Shown here: positions 58,731 to 64,000 of the stretch, in pieces
How the letters are laid out: every line of letters begins with the position of its first letter
Numbering within the stretch: the first letter of the stretch is position 1
Source: the human T2T-CHM13v2.0 reference genome, Homo sapiens
NCBI RefSeq assembly: GCF_009914755.1
Contig: NC_060926.1
Reading direction: 5' to 3' (one strand)
DNA: 64,000 nt
Notes under the pieces: model-generated
The model's input: the letters and a program-made list of their open reading frames with translations, nothing else
Database searches by the model: none
What the model was told of the DNA's origin: nothing
Made by a program: the position numbers and the translations under genes

Positions 58731-59508
58731 ATAGAGCAGCACAGTATATTGTCATCACAGTGACAGAAAATCTAACTTGTCTTAGAAAACCCATTTGGTC
58801 TTGGCAACAATGGCACAGGTGGAGAAGAAAGTAGCTGAGCTTAGCAAATAAGGGCATTTTTTGACATTACAGTTGCCGGAGCAAAAGTGTGAGATAATGA
58901 AACCTACATGAACAAATACATGTTGGCATTTCTCTCAACAAGACTGTGTAAAGATCACCATATGCAACCGTCAAAGAGGTAACTAGTACCCATTTCTTTG
59001 ATTTATTTAGAATATCACTTAAAATGAGACTATTTTACAAATAATTTAAGGAGGTTGAAGAAACTGGACTTACAGCACAATTTTTATAAGCCTAAGGGTG
59101 ACTCAAATATTATTTGCTAGATGTTAACCTGTTCGTCTTTATTGAGCAGGGGGAAACAGATCATAGTGAAAGCAAAAGGAAATTAGATCAGACCAAAGAA
59201 TATCTTTGAAAAACCAAAGATTAAACACCGGAATAGGAAGACTATGGAATTAATTTGCAAAACAATATATTCATTTCCCTGGACTTGAAGCTACAGTGAA
59301 ACCCAACAAGATATGCTGAAACATAAAATTTCTTTAGATAAAATATCCATGATGGGGTGGGAAGAGATGTTAGCATTTACCAAATATAGACTAATGTTGA
59401 GCTTTGAACCAAAAGCAATTTGTGCTTCTCAAGTTATTTTAGTTATTTTTGTGATGGCATTATTTGATTTACAGTTAGCAATATATACTGCTTATTTGTG
59501 AATAGAAT

Positions 59509-61800
59509 CGTCTTGGTCCATATTGTGCTACTATAACAGAATATCACAGACCGGTTAATTTATAATGAAGAGAAAGTTCTGCAGGCTGGGGAGTCCACGG
59601 TGAGCAGTTTCTTCCTGCATCATGCCATGATGAAAGGCAGATGGGCAAGAGATGGCGAGAGAAAGAAAAACAGGCAAAAAGAGGCCAAACTCATTCTTTT
59701 AAAAGGAACTCACTCCCATGATAATGAACCCATACCTGTGATAATGGCATTATCCATTTAGAGCTCTTATGGCCTAACCACTTTTTAAGGTCTCACTTCT
59801 TAATATTGTTACAATGGTATTTAAATTTCAACATGAGTTTGGGAGGGAACAAGCATTCAAATTGTAACATTCTGCCCCAGGCACCCAAAACTCATGTTCT
59901 TCTCACATACAAAATACATTCATTCCATCCCAATAGCTCCAAAAGTGTTAACTTATTCCAGCATCAAGAGTCCAAAGTCTCATCTCTCAAATATGGGTGA
60001 GACTCAAGGCACAATTCATCTTGAGGCAAATGCCCTCCAGCTTTGAGCCTCTGAATTCAAAACAAATTATCTACTTCCAAAATACACTGGTGCAACAGGG
60101 ATAGATTCCCATTCCAAAAGGGAGAAATAGGCAAGAAGAAAGGGGCAACTTCTTCCAAGTAAGTTCAAAACCCAACAGGGCAAACAATATTAAATCTTAA
60201 GACTCTCGAATAATCTTCCTTGACATCATGTCCCACACTTTGGACACATTGGGGTGAGGGTTGGGCCCCCAAGGCCTTGGACAACACCACCCTCATGACT
60301 TTACTGGACTTAGCCCACATAACAGCTATCACAAGTTGGAGTCTTGTGCCTATAGCTCTCCCAGGCTGGGGCTGCATGTTTATGGCTCTGTAGTTCTGGG
60401 GTCCCAGGGCAATCTATCCCTGTGGCTCCACTAGGCATTGCCCTAACGTGACTCTCTCTGGCAGCTCTGCCTCTGCAGCAGGTTTCGGCATGGGCCACCT
60501 AGCTGGTCAATAACTTCTTAGAAATCTAGATGTAGGTAGCCATTCCTCCACAGCTCACAAATGCTGTGCGCCTGCAGAATTAACACTATGTGGGCACTGC
60601 CAAGGTTTACAGCTTGTGCCCTCTGGAGCAGCAACCTGAGCTGCACTCAAGGCCACTTGAGCCACAGCTGGGGCCACAGCCAGGGAACATTGCACTGGAA
60701 TGCAGGGAGCAGAGTCCCAAGGTGGCCCTGGGCAGTGAGCCCATGGAGAGCACCCTGGGCCCTTCTCCCTTCCTATAGCTCTGGGCCTGCGATGGGAGGT
60801 GCAGCCTCAAAGACCTCTGAAATGCCTTCAGAATCAATCTCCCATTGTCTTGATAAATAGCACCTGGCTTTCTTCTACCCATGCTAATCTCCTTATCAAT
60901 TTCTCTCTTTTATGGTTTTACTGTATGCAGTTAAAATAATCCACATAGCTCCTTCAATATTTTGCTTAGGCATTTTTTCTGCCAGATATTCTAGTTCACT
61001 GCTCTTAAATTCTGCCTTCCATAGAGCCATAAGACATGGACACAATTCAGCCAAGATCTTTGCAACTTCATAACAAGAACAATCTTCATTCCAATTTTTA
61101 ATATTTCTCATTTCCATCAGAGACCTCATCAGACTTGCTTTTACCATCCAAATTTCTACCAATATTCTGATAAAAACCTCTTAAGTAATCTCTAAAAAGT
61201 TTTATACTTTCCCTGAAGTTCTTTTCTTCTTCTGAGCCCTCACTAGGATTGTCCTTAACTCTTTATTTACAGAAATACTGGCTTTTTCTAGCCTGCTTCT
61301 CCAACCTCTTTCAGCCTCTGCCCACTACCCAGTTCCAAAGCCACTTTCACATTTTCAAGTATTTGTTACAGCAACACCCCACTTCTGCAGTACCAATTTC
61401 CTGTCTTAGTTTATTTTGTATTGCTATAACAGAATATCACAAATGGTAATTTGCAATGAACAGGAATTTATTGGCTTATAGTTTTGGAGGCTGAAAAGTT
61501 CAAGATCAAAGAGCTGACATCTTGTTGCATAATCTTGTTGCCATCTTGTTGCATAATCTCATAGCAGAAAAGCAAGAGGGGGAAAGAGAGAGAGACAAAG
61601 AGGAGGCCAACTTACCCTTTATAAGGAACCACTACTGTGGTAACAAACCCACTCCACAAAAATGGCATAATCCATTCATGAGAGCAGAGCCTTTACGGCC
61701 TAATCATCTCTTACACGTCCCACCTCTTAATACTGTTACAATGGCAATTATATTTCAATTCCAATGAGTTTGGGAAAGAACAAATGTTAAAACCATAGCA
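59509..61800 (-). mobile_element. Complete two-LTR MST (MSTB/C-type) MaLR retrotransposon: LTR 61800-61402, internal 61401-59870, LTR 59869-59509
   Basis: Two homologous LTRs (both contain ctataacagaatatcaca and ttaata(t/c)tgttacaatgg); minus-strand internal starts ggaaattggtactgcagaagtgggg and ends in purine tract ggggcagaa; TSD agaat (59504-59508) / aggat (61801-61805). Confidence 0.93.
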
Positions 61801-61844
61801 AGGATTAAATATGCTATTATAAAATTATAGAGTTTAAAGAGTGT

Positions 61845-63255
61845 GAATCTTTTCAGCAAATAGTGCTAGAACAATTGGATATCCCAAAAATTGTAAATGC
61901 AAAAGAATGAATCTAGACACAGACCTTACACTCACCACAAAAATTAGATCACATACTTAAGTAATATGTAAAACTATAAAATTCCTAGAAGATAACATGG
62001 GAGAGAATCTAGATGACCTTGAGTTTGGCGATAATCTTTTAGATATAACACCAAAGGCACAATCCATGAATGAAAAATTCATAAGCTATGGTTCATTAAA
62101 ATTAAAAAGCTCTGCCCTGCAAAAGATGCAGTCAGGAGAATGAAAAGACAAGCCACAGACTGGGAGAAAATATTTGCAAAAGACATATCTGATAAAGTAC
62201 TGTTATCCAAAATATGCAAAGAATTCTTAAAACTCAACAATAAGAAAACAAACAACCAATTAAAAAATGGGCCAAAGATCTTAACAGATATCTCACCAAA
62301 GAAGGTATACAGATGGCAAATAAGCATATGAAAAGATGTTCCATATAATATATCATCAGGGAAATGCAAGTAAAAATAGCAATGAAAACACCTATTAGAA
62401 TGGCCAAAATCCAGAACACTGGCAACACCAAATGCTGACAATGATGTGGAGCTACAGAAAGTCTAATCATTGCTCATATAAATGCAAACAGCTACTTTGG
62501 AAAACACTTCGGTTATTACCAAACTAAGCATACTCTTACCATATGATCCAGCAGTCAGGCTCCTTGGTAATTTACTCAGAGTTTAACCTTATTCTAAGAG
62601 TTGAAAACCTATGTTCACACAAAAAACTGTACACAGATGTGTATGGGAGCTTTCTTCATAATTGTCAAAACTTGGAAGCAACCTAGATGTCCTTCAGTAG
62701 GTAAATGGATAAACTGTGGTGTATGCAGACAATGGAATATTATTCAACACTAAAAAGAATTGAGCTATCAATCCATGAAAAGACATAAATGCATATTACT
62801 AAGTGAAAGAAATGAATCTGAAAAGGCTGCATACTGTGTTTCCAACTATATGATATTCTGGAAGAGTTTAAGGAGATGGTAAAAAGATCCGTAGTTGCTA
62901 GGGGTTAGGAAAGAAGAAAGGATGAATGGGAGGAGCACAGAGGATTTTTAGGGCAGTGAAACTACTCCGTATGATATGATAATGGTAGATACATGTCACT
63001 ATACATTTGTCTAAACCAATAAAACACCAAGAGTGAACCCTAATGTAAACTATGGTCTTTGGTTGATAATGATGTGTCATGTAGGTTCATCAATTGTAAA
63101 AAAATGTACAACATTCCCCCTCTGGTAGAGAAAATTGATAATGGGGGAGGCTAAATATGTGTGGGGGCAGGAGTATATGGGAAATTTCTATACCTTTCAT
63201 TAATTTTTTGTGAATCTAAAACTGCTCTAAAAATTAAAGTCTGTTTTAAAAAGAT
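61845..63255 (+). mobile_element. L1MC1-type LINE-1 3' portion
   Basis: ORF2 C-terminal remnant (MKRQATDWEKIFAKDISDK, 62140-62331) and 3' UTR gagcacagaggatttttagggcagtgaaact..gtgaaccctaatgtaaactatgg..ctaaaactgctctaaaaa. Confidence 0.9.
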
Positions 63256-64000
63256 AAAAACATGTTTGATTCTTTTAATAATAATTCAAAATGACTAATC
63301 ACTCATTAAACCTAAACATGTTTTCATTGGAAATTTAAAATTTGCCTAATGCATTATTCCACTGTGTTCACTGTTAAGGGAGAAACAGAAATATATACTA
63401 TATAGATATTTTACAGGATAATAAGTCATTCTAAGACAACATCTTTATTCTCGCCTATTCTAGCAGGTTTTGTGTGTGAGAGAGTTCAAAGCCTGAGGGA
63501 CAAAAAGAACCCATAAAATTCAGCTATTTAAAGAGAAGTCATGTGGATGAAATCCAAAGAAAGCTCTTCTTTTGCTAATATAACTAGGAATATGGGTCTC
63601 TATCTTGATATGATAGATAAGGCAAAGGAAAAGAGTCATGTCAGGAAACTGAATGAATCATTTAAGAAATATTTACCAATAATTCAATTTTGATTTTCAG
63701 TGTGGCTTCATTATTATAGACATGGTATTAAGTAGCCAACAGGAATAGGGATTTTCACACATATTTATTTAATTTATACTGAATTGCCAAAGTCTACTTT
63801 TGTCCCTTAGTCCCTCTAAAGAGAAATGTTCTTTTTTTAATCTTGCCCTGTATGTTTGAAAAACCTTAAATAAATATCTGGATTTTTTTTTTAATTACAA
63901 GATTGCAAATAGGCAAACATCACAAAGTTGCATTTCATTTAGGGTTTTGTGTAGTAAATCTTAAAGTGGCACAGGGTTTCTAGGGCTGCTGTCTAGCCTT

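Noticed and set aside
60165-61162. Cluster of ORFs in a GC-richer stretch
   Set aside because: Inside the MST internal region; remnants of the MaLR ORF or chance frames, none intact

Overview
AT-rich primate (human-like) genomic DNA made mostly of transposon fossils: young L1PA copies, a near full-length L1MA2, older L1MC/MD/ME, Alus, MaLR and ERV LTRs (including one two-LTR MST element), L2, MIR, CR1 and DNA-transposon relics. I can support no intact protein-coding gene, RNA gene or CRISPR array. Every long ORF is a broken L1 ORF1/ORF2 piece, an Alu/LTR read-through or noise. Repeat subfamily names come from my recollection of consensus sequences and need RepeatMasker/Dfam confirmation; target-site duplications (TSDs) and repeats were read directly from the sequence. 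I found no convincing new biological system. The signals most worth a second look are: (1) several templated inversion/duplication scars (13.1, 19.0, 22.3, 28.5, 36.4, 45.2 kb); (2) an unexplained three-copy unit at 21.1-22.7 kb; (3) deletions linked to nested insertions; (4) RFX X-box-like motifs next to good splice sites, hinting at a spliced non-coding transcript.
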